Assembly (NCBI GenBank): GCA_030608005.1
Contig: JAUWIX010000003.1
Location: 4,627 to 68,626 of the forward strand
DNA: 64,000 bases
Reading direction: 5' to 3'
Origin: Dehalococcoidia bacterium
GTDB taxonomy: Bacteria; Chloroflexota; Dehalococcoidia; Dehalococcoidales; BS750m-G39
In this document: one piece after another, positions 36,721 through 45,274 of the stretch
Layout: the number at the start of each line of letters is the position of its first letter
How positions within the stretch are numbered: position 1 is the first letter of the stretch
Program-made: the position numbers and the translations under genes
Notes under the pieces: model-generated
What the model was told of the DNA's origin: nothing
The model's input: only the letters and a program-made list of their open reading frames with translations
Database searches by the model: none

Positions 36721-38304
36721 CTAGCTCCCGATAACGTACCAAATTGCCCACTGCATTTTCTCATCATCCAGATAACTCTCAATTTTATTATCAGGGTCAT
36801 CCCATAATGCTTCAACCCACTGGCTCAAAGCATCAGCCTTCAGCAAATCCCTATTCTCCTCATCAATCTGCCTGTTTTCATCTATTTCCTCAACCCTTAC
36901 TAGCCAATAGCCACCAGTGGTTACAACCGTATCATCACGAATCGGCTCACTTAGCGTTTTCAACTCAATCTCAGGGTTAAAGGCAAACTCATTAAAGGCT
37001 GAACTCATCATATCGCGGGACAACACCTCAAAATCCCCCCCATTTTCTCTAGACTCATCGTGCTGAGAGAATTCCTCGGCCAGGGTGGCAAAATCCTTGC
37101 CAGCCTCCAGCCTGACTCTGACCTCGTTAGCCTCCTGCTCGCTAGCCAACAGTATTACCTGAACATCAGCTTCTTCCTTCTTTTCTATCCTTTCTAATAC
37201 CTTTATCAGCCAATAGCCCCCTTCAGTGACAATAGTATCATCAAATATTGGCTCACTTACTACCCCCAGCTCTATCTCAGGGTTAAACATAAACTCATCA
37301 ACGGTGAGACCCACCTCGCCCGGAGTCAACCAGCCCAAATTTCCTCCATTTTCCTTAGACTCTTCGTGTTCAGAGAGCTCTTCGGCTAACTCACCAAAGT
37401 CCTCACCAGCCTCCAGCCTGACTCTTACCGTTTGTGCCTCTTCTTCACTACCCAGTAATATTCCTAGCACTTTAGCTTTTTCCTCCTCCCCCCTCCTTTC
37501 TAATACCTTAGCTATCCAGTAGCCCACACCTTTGGTTGTTTCCTCATCATATATTGGCTGGCTTAATACCCCTACTTCACAGTTGAAGGCCTGCTCCTCA
37601 AGTATGGGACTTCCTATCAGCAAAGGCAAAACGCCTTCAGGTCGCCAACCGAGGTCGCCCCCTTTTTCTTTACAAGTGGCATCCAGGGAAAGCTCACCAG
37701 CCAGCTCAGCAAAATCCTCATCAGCCTCCAGCTTGGCTATAACCTCATTTGCCTGGCTCTCACTCTCCAAAAACATCGCCCATATGTGCCTCTGCTCGGC
37801 AATCGTTGGCACCTTCTGCTCAAAATACTCATCACGCAGTCTGTCCACTAGCATCCCTGTTCTAACCACATCTCTATAGTCTTTACTTAATGGGGGGTCA
37901 TAACTCCCAAGTTCCTCATCAACCTCCTTATCACTAACTCTGATGCCCAACTCCATAGCTCCTTGCCTTATCAGTTCACTTTGCTCAATAACTGTGACCA
38001 CGTCATCAGCCACAAATTGCATATATTGGATAGGCATATCTCTTCCGTAATACTTGAGCATCTTTATGTAATAATTCATATCAAACTGGGTATCATTTAC
38101 CTCAATTACAGTTTCATGCAGTGGTTTATACTCAGGAATATACCACCGACTATAAATCCCGACCCCAACAACAGCTAAGACAGCAATGATAATCAAAATC
38201 CCTGAGCCAAGGATAATGCGCTGTCTCCTCTTCTGCCGTTGCCACCGAGAAAGCTGGCGTTTGGTGACCTCACGCCGAGGTTTTTCCGCCTTCTTTTTCG
38301 CCAA
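36721..38304 (-). CDS. Membrane-anchored peptidyl-prolyl isomerase with three tandem parvulin domains (SurA/PrsA-like)
   Basis: It has an N-terminal TM span (IILGSGILIIIAVLAVVGVGIY) and three repeats of about 100 aa, each with an (E/R)ENGG(N/D)(L/F) core and a GGYWL(I/V)(K/R)V end. The repeats are also visible as DNA-level similarity (ccagcctccagcctgactct twice). Confidence 0.75.
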   Translation of the reverse strand: MAKKKAEKPRREVTKRQLSRWQRQKRRQRIILGSGILIIIAVLAVVGVGIYSRWYIPEYKPLHETVIEVNDTQFDMNYYIKMLKYYGRDMPIQYMQFVADDVVTVIEQSELIRQGAMELGIRVSDKEVDEELGSYDPPLSKDYRDVVRTGMLVDRLRDEYFEQKVPTIAEQRHIWAMFLESESQANEVIAKLEADEDFAELAGELSLDATCKEKGGDLGWRPEGVLPLLIGSPILEEQAFNCEVGVLSQPIYDEETTKGVGYWIAKVLERRGEEEKAKVLGILLGSEEEAQTVRVRLEAGEDFGELAEELSEHEESKENGGNLGWLTPGEVGLTVDEFMFNPEIELGVVSEPIFDDTIVTEGGYWLIKVLERIEKKEEADVQVILLASEQEANEVRVRLEAGKDFATLAEEFSQHDESRENGGDFEVLSRDMMSSAFNEFAFNPEIELKTLSEPIRDDTVVTTGGYWLVRVEEIDENRQIDEENRDLLKADALSQWVEALWDDPDNKIESYLDDEKMQWAIWYVIGS

Positions 38305-38377
38305 ATCTAAGCCTCCGAATGTTTGATACTCTATATTTATAACCTAAAAGCGCAATTTTTTCAATCATGCTTTATTA

Positions 38378-38506
38378 GCTAGTTCAGATAAATTGGTGAC
38401 ATAGATTATCATGTTTCTTCTCTCCACAACATTGACCCCATCCCCCTGACCCCCTTCCCCTGAGGGGAAGGGGGATAAAGGTCGAAGACTCTTCGAGGGG
38501 TGAGGT
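38378..38506. repeat. Repeat cluster R12 (about 100-bp unit shared with 11690-11790, B-type hairpin, A-flank)
   Basis: gctagttcagataaattggtgacatagattatcatg...cattgaccccatccccctgacccccttcccct-gag-gggaaggggg is the shared unit. It is followed by gaggggtgaggt. Confidence 0.85.
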
Positions 38507-38537
38507 TAATAAATAATCTCAGTACACTTTATTGTCC

Positions 38538-39866
38538 TTACAAACGAATTATGCTAATATATTTGAAACTAAGGCGGGGTGTAGCGCAGCCTGGTAGCGC
38601 ACCTGAATGGGGTTCAGGTGGTCGCCGGTTCGAATCCGGCCACCCCGAAGCTATTTTGGGATATTTGCGGCATCTTTGGGGGTGTTTGCCGACATTTTCA
38701 ATACCCTTGCCTGCTAGGAAATCGTCGAAGCGTTGAGCAGTTGCTTCCTGCAACCCACCCATTACATGAGAATAGGTATCCAGCGTTACCCTGATGCTAG
38801 AGTGCCCCAGCCTCTCCTGAACTATTTTGGGATGCGTACCCACCTGTAATAGTAAACTGGCATGAGTGTGCCTCAGATCATGTAGACGGATATGGGGCAA
38901 GCCTGCCCTGCGAATAACCTTATTAAAAGTATGGCTTACCGTGCTTGGGTCTAGGGGAGTGCCATCTAGGTGAGCAAATACAAAGTCCTCGTTAGTCAGT
39001 GGCTTCCCCAGTAAAGCCCGTTGCGCCTCCTGCTCAACTCTATACTGACGCAGTACCAATGCTAGGGAGGGTGAGAGGGCAATTCGGCGTCGGCTCTTTG
39101 AGGTCTTAGGCTCCTTTATTATACAGGTTCCATTTAGCTTATATGCTGTTTCAGTCACAGATAAGTAAGCCGAAATGCCAAGAGAGGCCAAGCCTAAATC
39201 AACATTTTTCCACCTTAATGCCAATGCCTCACCACGGCGCAAGCCGGTGTGAAGAAGAAGATAAAAGAGCGTGTAATAAGGCGTTTCCTGAGCAGTCTCC
39301 AAAAACCTCGGAACATCCTCTGCTGCTAAGGTCGACATGACTTTGTGGTCAGCCCGTGGAGCCTCTGTAGCCTGAGCCACATTGCGATTCAGTAGTCCCA
39401 TTTTAACGGCATACCCTAACGCCTCTGCTAGGAGAGAGTGGCAATACCGTACAGTTTGCGGACTCAGCTGCCCTTTGCCATCAACACGTCCCTTCTCTCT
39501 TTGTCGGCTGTAGAAAGCCTGAAGATGGCGAGGCTCAAGCTGGCTCAAGGGTATGCTGCCCAGTTCTGGAATAAGGTGACGGCGTATTATCATTTCATAA
39601 CTTGCTTCTGTCCTTTGTGAGCAATTTAATTCAACATAGTCCCGCAGCCACTCCTCAAGAAACTGGGCGACCGTTAGCCGGGTAGGTTTAACATAGCTGC
39701 CTCGCTCAAGGGTGTGTAATAACTCATGCAGCCGTTTCTGTGCGTCTTTTTTGGTGCCCCTGAGCGTTTCAAACTGTCTTAGGCGCTTACCTGTTGCTGG
39801 ATTCCTCCCGATATCGACACAGATTTCCCAAGAACCCTTACTTCTTTGTCTAAGGCTCCCTTTCAT
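38538..39866 (-). CDS. int: Tyrosine recombinase / phage-type integrase
   Basis: Catalytic motifs are HDLRHTHASLLL and LGHSSIRVTLDTYSH, with an N-terminal AP2-like/SAM-like region. There is no stop until 38538, so the last ~37 codons run antisense through the tRNA-Pro gene. Confidence 0.85.
   Translation of the reverse strand: MKGSLRQRSKGSWEICVDIGRNPATGKRLRQFETLRGTKKDAQKRLHELLHTLERGSYVKPTRLTVAQFLEEWLRDYVELNCSQRTEASYEMIIRRHLIPELGSIPLSQLEPRHLQAFYSRQREKGRVDGKGQLSPQTVRYCHSLLAEALGYAVKMGLLNRNVAQATEAPRADHKVMSTLAAEDVPRFLETAQETPYYTLFYLLLHTGLRRGEALALRWKNVDLGLASLGISAYLSVTETAYKLNGTCIIKEPKTSKSRRRIALSPSLALVLRQYRVEQEAQRALLGKPLTNEDFVFAHLDGTPLDPSTVSHTFNKVIRRAGLPHIRLHDLRHTHASLLLQVGTHPKIVQERLGHSSIRVTLDTYSHVMGGLQEATAQRFDDFLAGKGIENVGKHPQRCRKYPKIASGWPDSNRRPPEPHSGALPGCATPRLSFKYISIIRL
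38575..38648 (+). tRNA. tRNA-Pro (anticodon GGG)
   Basis: It folds by hand into a 74-nt cloverleaf: acceptor CGGGGTG/CACCCCG, D-arm GCGC/GCGC, anticodon stem CCTGA/TCAGG with loop aTGGGGt, and T-arm GCCGG-TTCGAAT-CCGGC. CCA is not encoded. Confidence 0.85.
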
Positions 39867-39912
39867 TTTAATCTCCTTTCTTCAGTTTTTTGGAATAGTT
39901 TTTTTGTGCCAA

Positions 39913-40749
39913 TTATGCAGGGCAAAGCTTACACCGCGGGGTGGTAATTATTATATGTCTGAGTATTATTGGGTCAAGTATTCCATCGAGCTCATCAGTC
40001 GTTTTTCCTATCTTGTAAGCTTCGTTGTATAACTGCCTAAAAAGTTCTTTTTGATTGTCAAGTAGATGTTGAGCTACATCCTGGCATAAAACCATTAGCT
40101 TTTCAATCCACTCTTTTTCGGTGAATATAGATACTCGCTCGATTAGCTGGAAGTTAATTATAACTTTTGGTTCTATTAATTTACCAAAGGGAATGCCTTC
40201 CCGTACATCATTAGTAATCCTTTTCAATATGGCATCCAGTACTGACTCTATCATTCTTTTTTCTGCACCTATTATTTGTTCCTCTGGCGTTCTCGTTTCC
40301 TGTGGTCGCTCTAATTGGCTCCATTCCTTAACCCCTTGTAATAGGTCTTTATCTTCATTAAGAAGATTACTTAATACCTTTTGACCTTCTACCTTCAGAT
40401 TATCAAAAAGTGCCTGACAGTTATCCCAAGCCTTTTCCCATTCATTTATTGCTTGCCAGCGTATTATTTCTTCAGTATGCTGTTTAAGTGAATCGAAGAG
40501 CTGTTTATTCAGATTACGATTGCGCCAAGATATCCTTTCTGTATCGACTTGGGATAAAGAGTAGTCCACCCGCAAGATATTGGTCTCCAAAAAGTTTCTA
40601 AATAAATCCTCGGAATATCTAGTATCCCTAAAGGATAGAGGAGTATTAAGATGGTCTCGCAATTTTGCAGCCAATCTGACCAGATAATCCAAATGATCAT
40701 TAAAGGTTTCAGTAGCAACATTCAACCGAGCTTGCTTCAATTCATTCAA
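39913..40749 (-). CDS. Hypothetical low-GC protein next to the integrase (start uncertain)
   Basis: The ORF runs to 40821, but its first 24 codons translate the repeat cluster (KERGTTGVRLINNPFPLVRG). A TTG at 40749 is a possible start. One 60-nt sample gave about 35% G+C. No known motif was seen, and the protein ends ...TTPRCKLCPA. Confidence 0.4.
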   Translation of the reverse strand: MNELKQARLNVATETFNDHLDYLVRLAAKLRDHLNTPLSFRDTRYSEDLFRNFLETNILRVDYSLSQVDTERISWRNRNLNKQLFDSLKQHTEEIIRWQAINEWEKAWDNCQALFDNLKVEGQKVLSNLLNEDKDLLQGVKEWSQLERPQETRTPEEQIIGAEKRMIESVLDAILKRITNDVREGIPFGKLIEPKVIINFQLIERVSIFTEKEWIEKLMVLCQDVAQHLLDNQKELFRQLYNEAYKIGKTTDELDGILDPIILRHIIITTPRCKLCPA

Positions 40750-40753
40750 AGTT

Positions 40754-40833
40754 TCCCTTCCCCTTACCAAGGGGAAGGGATTGTTTATCAACCTCACCCC
40801 GGTTGTCCCCCTCTCCTTCAAAGGAGAGGGGGA
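40754..40833. repeat. Repeat cluster R13 (B-hairpin plus reversed A-flank plus A-hairpin), the last full cluster seen in the window
   Basis: tcccttcccctt-acca-aggggaaggga lies at 40754-40780, then ttgtttatcaacctcacccc, then tccccctctcc-ttcaaa-ggagaggggga at 40806-40833. Confidence 0.85.
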
Positions 40834-41304
40834 AGGTAGAGCAAACCATTGACCATCCCGAAAAAACGCTTGGATTTGGACTACAGAGCGTCTCTCGTTG
40901 TGAAGTAGAGGCTCTCCTAAGTATCAGTGGGAGAGCCCCCTCTTTTTCGTGTATAGGGCTGAACAAATCAAGCAAATGTTCAATAATATCTAGGTAAAAC
41001 ACACAAATAAAAAAGCGAGATGCCACTTGCCCGATTGCAGCTGAGGCTACCCGCACGGGAGGGGGAGGTAAAATATTTAAACCAGGCGGGAGAAAGGATT
41101 TGCAAACCCCCTAGCACCTCAGTTTCCCCTGGCAGAGCCCGCCGCAGTCTAAGATTAGCAGTTTCTTGTCTGGTACAGCAAATTTTAAGGAGGCATATCT
41201 GGATTCCAAACTGAGTAATTCCTGAGCTTGTATATAACTATTGGACTATTGACATGGTAGAAGTGAATAGTCTATTCTTCATGCTAAAAAGGGAGGTAGA
41301 TTCA

Positions 41305-41445
41305 ATGCAAGCATACTGTCTGAAGTGCCGAACCAAAAGGGAAATGAAGGATGCTAAGGCCGTAACTTTGAAGAATGGCAGGCCGGCTACTCAGGGTGTA
41401 TGCCCCGTATGTGCGACGAAAATGTTCAGGATAGGAAAGAGTTAA
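41305..41445 (+). CDS. Small zinc-ribbon protein (DUF5679-like)
   Basis: MQAYCLKCRTKREMKDAKAVTLKNGRPATQGVCPVCATKMFRIGKS has CxxC...CxxC. The ATG at 41305 follows GGGAGG. The family name is from memory. Confidence 0.55.
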   Translation: MQAYCLKCRTKREMKDAKAVTLKNGRPATQGVCPVCATKMFRIGKS

Positions 41446-41481
41446 GGACGATAATTAAATCCAGGAACTGGAGTTCTATAC

Positions 41482-41518
41482 AAGGCTGGATGTCCTTATG
41501 CAGGGGATATCCAGCCTT
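41482..41518. terminator. Stem-loop between convergent genes (candidate bidirectional terminator)
   Basis: AAGGCTGGAT (41482-41491) pairs with ATCCAGCCTT (41509-41518). This is a 10-bp perfect stem with a 17-nt loop and only a weak T tract. Confidence 0.4.
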
Positions 41519-41634
41519 CTTGTTATCTACCACACAAAATGGACGAAAGAACAATAGTTAAACGTATCGGGCAATGGTTCAATGTCGAAGTGGAACCCTT
41601 TCGTCCAGCAGAGCTGGTCCCGGGGCTGAACTGC

Positions 41635-42894
41635 TTATGTGCGGCTCGCTTGGCGGGCCACGCCCCACCGATGGAACCCCGCCGCGGCCACAAAAGCCAC
41701 AAAGGCAATTGTCCCCCAGATGAACCGGGGGTCAGTGGGGAAAGCGTCAAGCAATACCCCACCCAGCAGTGGCCCGACCGACATACCCAGGGCCCCACTC
41801 AATCCGAAGAACCCCATATAGCGACCTCGTTGGTCCTGTGGAGAGAGCTTACCTACCACTGAAAGTGCTGTGGGGAAAAAGATAATCTCGCCAGCTGTGA
41901 TGATCACTATCGCCACAACTGCCCAGGTGAAACTTCCAACCCAGCCCAGGGATAGGTACCCAAGCCCATAGAGCCAACACCCCAAGATGAGGGGCAAGGA
42001 TTTCGTTAGATGGCTGAGCCAGCGGGCTACCGGGTACTGAAAAAGGATAACGACCAGGCCATTGGCAGTGAGCAGGAGACCATACTGGGCTGTTGAAAAC
42101 CCTAAGCGGTCTACAGTAAAAACCGAGAGAGTGCTGACATGTTGTCCTACAACCAAAAAGGCTAAGAGAACTAATCCAGTGAACATCAGAAAGGTCCGGT
42201 CGGTGGCAACGGAGAATATACTGCGAAGGTTTACCTGTTCAGCGGCTCCGTGGAAGGACTCTCGGAGGAAGAGAAGGATAATACAGAAGGCAAGAGCGCT
42301 TGCCAACACTGCTGCCCCAAAAAGCCAGGCATAGGGGAGGAAGGTTGCCAGATATCCTCCTACCGCTGGGCCAGCAGCCCAGCCTACATTCCGCCCCACC
42401 CTCAGAACTCCGTAAGCCTCCGTCAGGCGCTCCTTTGGGGAAAAGTCCACCACCATTGCTGAGGTGGCGGGTTCCGCTATCGCTCCCACCAACCGTCCGG
42501 CGATATAGATGGCTACAATAGCCCATATCGGGGCTGAAAAGCCAATCAAGACTGCCATCCCCGAGTAGAGGAACACCCTTATCCCTGCTCCTCCAAGTAG
42601 AAGCGGGCGGCGACCGAACCGGTCTGAAAGCCCTCCACCTGCCAATTGGGTAGCGGCAGAGCAGAGTCCACTAGCCAGAATAATCATCCCAACCATGGTC
42701 ATGGAGAGACCCCGCTCTAGGTATAGGTATAGGGAGAGAAAGGGAAGGCAAATAGAGAAACCGGCGGCATAGAGCAGATCAATCGCAGTAATGACCCATA
42801 TGCCAGCCTCGAATCGACCAAAAACCTTCTGGCGTAAACCCTGGGTTGCTTTTGAGATTACACACAAATATACACCCCTTTTCGGCTTTGTCAC
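41635..42894 (-). CDS. MFS transporter
   Basis: 419 aa with about 12 TM spans and the motif GGLSDRFGRRP between TM2 and TM3. Confidence 0.8.
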   Translation of the reverse strand: MTKPKRGVYLCVISKATQGLRQKVFGRFEAGIWVITAIDLLYAAGFSICLPFLSLYLYLERGLSMTMVGMIILASGLCSAATQLAGGGLSDRFGRRPLLLGGAGIRVFLYSGMAVLIGFSAPIWAIVAIYIAGRLVGAIAEPATSAMVVDFSPKERLTEAYGVLRVGRNVGWAAGPAVGGYLATFLPYAWLFGAAVLASALAFCIILLFLRESFHGAAEQVNLRSIFSVATDRTFLMFTGLVLLAFLVVGQHVSTLSVFTVDRLGFSTAQYGLLLTANGLVVILFQYPVARWLSHLTKSLPLILGCWLYGLGYLSLGWVGSFTWAVVAIVIITAGEIIFFPTALSVVGKLSPQDQRGRYMGFFGLSGALGMSVGPLLGGVLLDAFPTDPRFIWGTIAFVAFVAAAGFHRWGVARQASRT

Positions 42895-42964
42895 ATTTTC
42901 AAGTTAGTGTGAGACACGAAGACCATGCAACCTCGGGGGAATAACAATTATGAAATCTTCTGCT

Positions 42965-43303
42965 CTAAGCTGGCGGCCTTGTGTTGGGAGGTGGTGGGTT
43001 GAGCATCCCAACCCTAAAGTGTTCACCTGTCTCTTTGCGCTTCCAGCGCACCCTCTGCATCAGTGGCCAATTAAGCCTGATTGCACCCTTATCATGAAGG
43101 GGGCATTCTTTTACACAGCAACCACCATAGAAGCATTCATCAGGGTATAATATGATTGGTGGCTTGCCTTTTTCTGGATTCGGCATAAACACATCGCTCA
43201 TGCAGACCTCTACACACCTATTGCAACCATTACAGACATTAGCGTCAAATATTACCGGCTTATTTGGAGTGACTAGATTAGGGGTAACACATGCCTTTTC
43301 CAC
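42965..43303 (-). CDS. AprB-like 2x[4Fe-4S] ferredoxin subunit
   Basis: CNGCNRCVEVC...PDECFYGGCCVKECP gives it AprB-like organisation. The GTG start follows AGGAGG, 12 nt after the flavoprotein stop. Confidence 0.6.
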   Translation of the reverse strand: MEKACVTPNLVTPNKPVIFDANVCNGCNRCVEVCMSDVFMPNPEKGKPPIILYPDECFYGGCCVKECPLHDKGAIRLNWPLMQRVRWKRKETGEHFRVGMLNPPPPNTRPPA

Positions 43304-43315
43304 TGTAGTAGCCTC

Positions 43316-45247
43316 CTATTTCTTATGCGCTTCGTAGCTCTCTTTGAGAGAACCATAGTAGTCAAGGGATAACTCGTCGACCTTTACCTCATTATCCTCA
43401 AGTTTAAGGGTAACCCACTTGCGCCACTGAGGAGGGTCATCTTCAGGATAGTCTAATCTTTCGAAGCTTAACCACCTGTTGCTTGCTTTCCGAGCTAAAG
43501 AAGCATGGATAATTATTTCACAACAGGTAAGAATATCCAGAACTTCCAGGGTACGCATTAACTCATGTGGGTTTCTGGCACAGAGTGTAGAGGCTTCAGC
43601 CTGCTTAATCTCGCTGAATGACTTTAGGCCTATATTCATTAACTCTTCGGTCTTAGTATCGCCACAGTAATCCTGCATGACCTTAGCAATTCCAGACTCT
43701 AGCTCCTTCCACTCTATACCATCGCTTCGCTCTATAGGTAGGTAGACACGAGCCTTTTCACTGTCAACTTGCTCTCGGCTCAGCACTGGCTTATCTGCTC
43801 TCATAGCATATTCTGCCGCCTTGTTACCAGCCCATCGTCCAGTACTACAGGCGTGTGACGCTCCACAGCCATCAAATATTTGTTGCCCAGCGGCATAAAG
43901 TCCGTCAAGGTTGGTCTTTAAATCCCAGTCGTGTGCTAACCCACCATAACGCAGCCTCCGCCAGCCAGGGGGTGCCGGTGCCAACTCATATACTTGAAGC
44001 AAATCTTTATCAGGGTCAAAGCCAGCATGGGTTAAATTGCGATAGACTGCCCAAGTATGACCTTCCTGGCCAACCATAAGACCAAAGATAGCACGCCGCT
44101 CATGCTGTGGCATGCCAGGCAGGTCAGCATAAAGCGGTAAGGCAAATTCCCCTTTCTTTATGCGTTCAGCTAAGTCGGGAATCAAATGTGGCACGGAACT
44201 TGTGCCGCCTTCCCCCCCGCCCAATACTAGGGAGAAAAAGTCTTGTCCCGGGGCAGGGTGAGTTCGCTGAGATATTGTTGGTATAGGTTTGCCCTCGGTA
44301 TCAACCCATGGGATTTCTTTCCCATTGGCATCAACAATTGAACATGGATACCAGGTAGCAAAGCTAGAGCCGCTACTAAACATCATGCTGCCAATTCCTG
44401 TGCTGCCCCCCCACTCTTCGTGGTCAGACCTCTCCATCATGGTAAACTCGGCGCCAGCCCTCCAAGCCATAGCGTGACCATCCCCGGCATTGGTGGGAGG
44501 ACCATCTCTACCAACCAGCCCGGTCCATTCTGTTGAGAATATCCAGAGACGTTCTGGGGTGCACATGCAAAGTACAGAAGCCTTAGCCTTAAAGATATAG
44601 AATTCACCGGTGCGCGTATTCACTGCTGTGGCTCCTACCACCCTAGCTCCCTGCTTACCGCCTTCAGTTAGTAGGCTTGTTACCATGGTTCTCTCATAGA
44701 TGTTCACACCCAACCGTTTACACTCCCTATATAGTGCGGGCTTCATTCCCGTTCCCCAAATGCGGACACAGTGTTTGTTTTCATAGTCATAAGCGAACAA
44801 GAGCTTGGTCTTTTCATCTCTGAAATCAGCGCCCTTGAATTCATCCTCGGTATCTCTAACCTTCATCCCCATCTTTTCCAGTTCGAGAAGTACATCATAG
44901 CTATCCCTAGCCATAATATAGGTGGCTATAACATTACTGTAGCCCCCTCTAAAGGTCTCAGTTGGTGATAGTGTATACTGTTCAGGGGTAATTTTACTGG
45001 CTGGGTTCGCCGGGCAGCCCATCCAATGGTCAATTCCTGTGCCAGCAGCACCACTATGTATTGTGCAACTCTTATCGACCAGTACAACCTTCAAGCCTTT
45101 TCTGGCTGCGCTTATGGCTGCAAAGCAACCAGCTAACCCACCACCAAGAACCAGGACATCAGCACTAACCTCAGTCTCCTCTCTATAGCGTATCGGGTAG
45201 GGCCACTTTAACGGCATACCTATCCCTACATTTTTCCCTTGGCTCAT
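43316..45247 (-). CDS. AprA-like FAD-dependent oxidoreductase (adenylylsulfate reductase alpha / fumarate reductase flavoprotein superfamily)
   Basis: It has the FAD motif VLVLGGGLAGCFAAISAA. The segments FYIFKAKASVL and PHELMRTLEVLDILTCCEIIIHASLARKASNRW parallel recalled AprA segments (FYVFKAKAVIL; LHELMRAWEL...ETRW). The substrate is unknown. Confidence 0.6.
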   Translation of the reverse strand: MSQGKNVGIGMPLKWPYPIRYREETEVSADVLVLGGGLAGCFAAISAARKGLKVVLVDKSCTIHSGAAGTGIDHWMGCPANPASKITPEQYTLSPTETFRGGYSNVIATYIMARDSYDVLLELEKMGMKVRDTEDEFKGADFRDEKTKLLFAYDYENKHCVRIWGTGMKPALYRECKRLGVNIYERTMVTSLLTEGGKQGARVVGATAVNTRTGEFYIFKAKASVLCMCTPERLWIFSTEWTGLVGRDGPPTNAGDGHAMAWRAGAEFTMMERSDHEEWGGSTGIGSMMFSSGSSFATWYPCSIVDANGKEIPWVDTEGKPIPTISQRTHPAPGQDFFSLVLGGGEGGTSSVPHLIPDLAERIKKGEFALPLYADLPGMPQHERRAIFGLMVGQEGHTWAVYRNLTHAGFDPDKDLLQVYELAPAPPGWRRLRYGGLAHDWDLKTNLDGLYAAGQQIFDGCGASHACSTGRWAGNKAAEYAMRADKPVLSREQVDSEKARVYLPIERSDGIEWKELESGIAKVMQDYCGDTKTEELMNIGLKSFSEIKQAEASTLCARNPHELMRTLEVLDILTCCEIIIHASLARKASNRWLSFERLDYPEDDPPQWRKWVTLKLEDNEVKVDELSLDYYGSLKESYEAHKK

Positions 45248-45274
45248 ATTTTTCCTCCTTTAACTAGGATTTTT

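Noticed and set aside
1796-40833. The many short palindromic repeats could be taken for CRISPR arrays.
   Set aside because: The units are not regularly spaced with unique spacers of constant length. They occur as 1-4 heterogeneous units per intergenic gap in both orientations. No cas genes are present.
1796-40833. An integron-like cassette array, with the palindromes acting as attC sites; a GTTAGGC (GTTRRRY-like) string lies at 1888-1894.
   Set aside because: There is no intI gene in the window. The cargo genes are scattered inside different operons rather than arrayed. The units lack the R''-L''/L'-R' attC organisation, and the single GTTRRRY match is expected by chance.
40850-41250. A possible riboswitch, ncRNA or att site in the 400-bp gap after the island cargo gene. 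Local helices include CTGAGG (about 41041-41046) with CCTCAG (about 41116-41121), GGCGGG with CCCGCC, and the hairpin GGCTCTCC/GGAGAGCC at about 40909-40937.
   Set aside because: There is no match to any RNA family I can recall. The helices are short and could arise by chance in GC-rich sequence. It is kept only as unexplained non-coding DNA.
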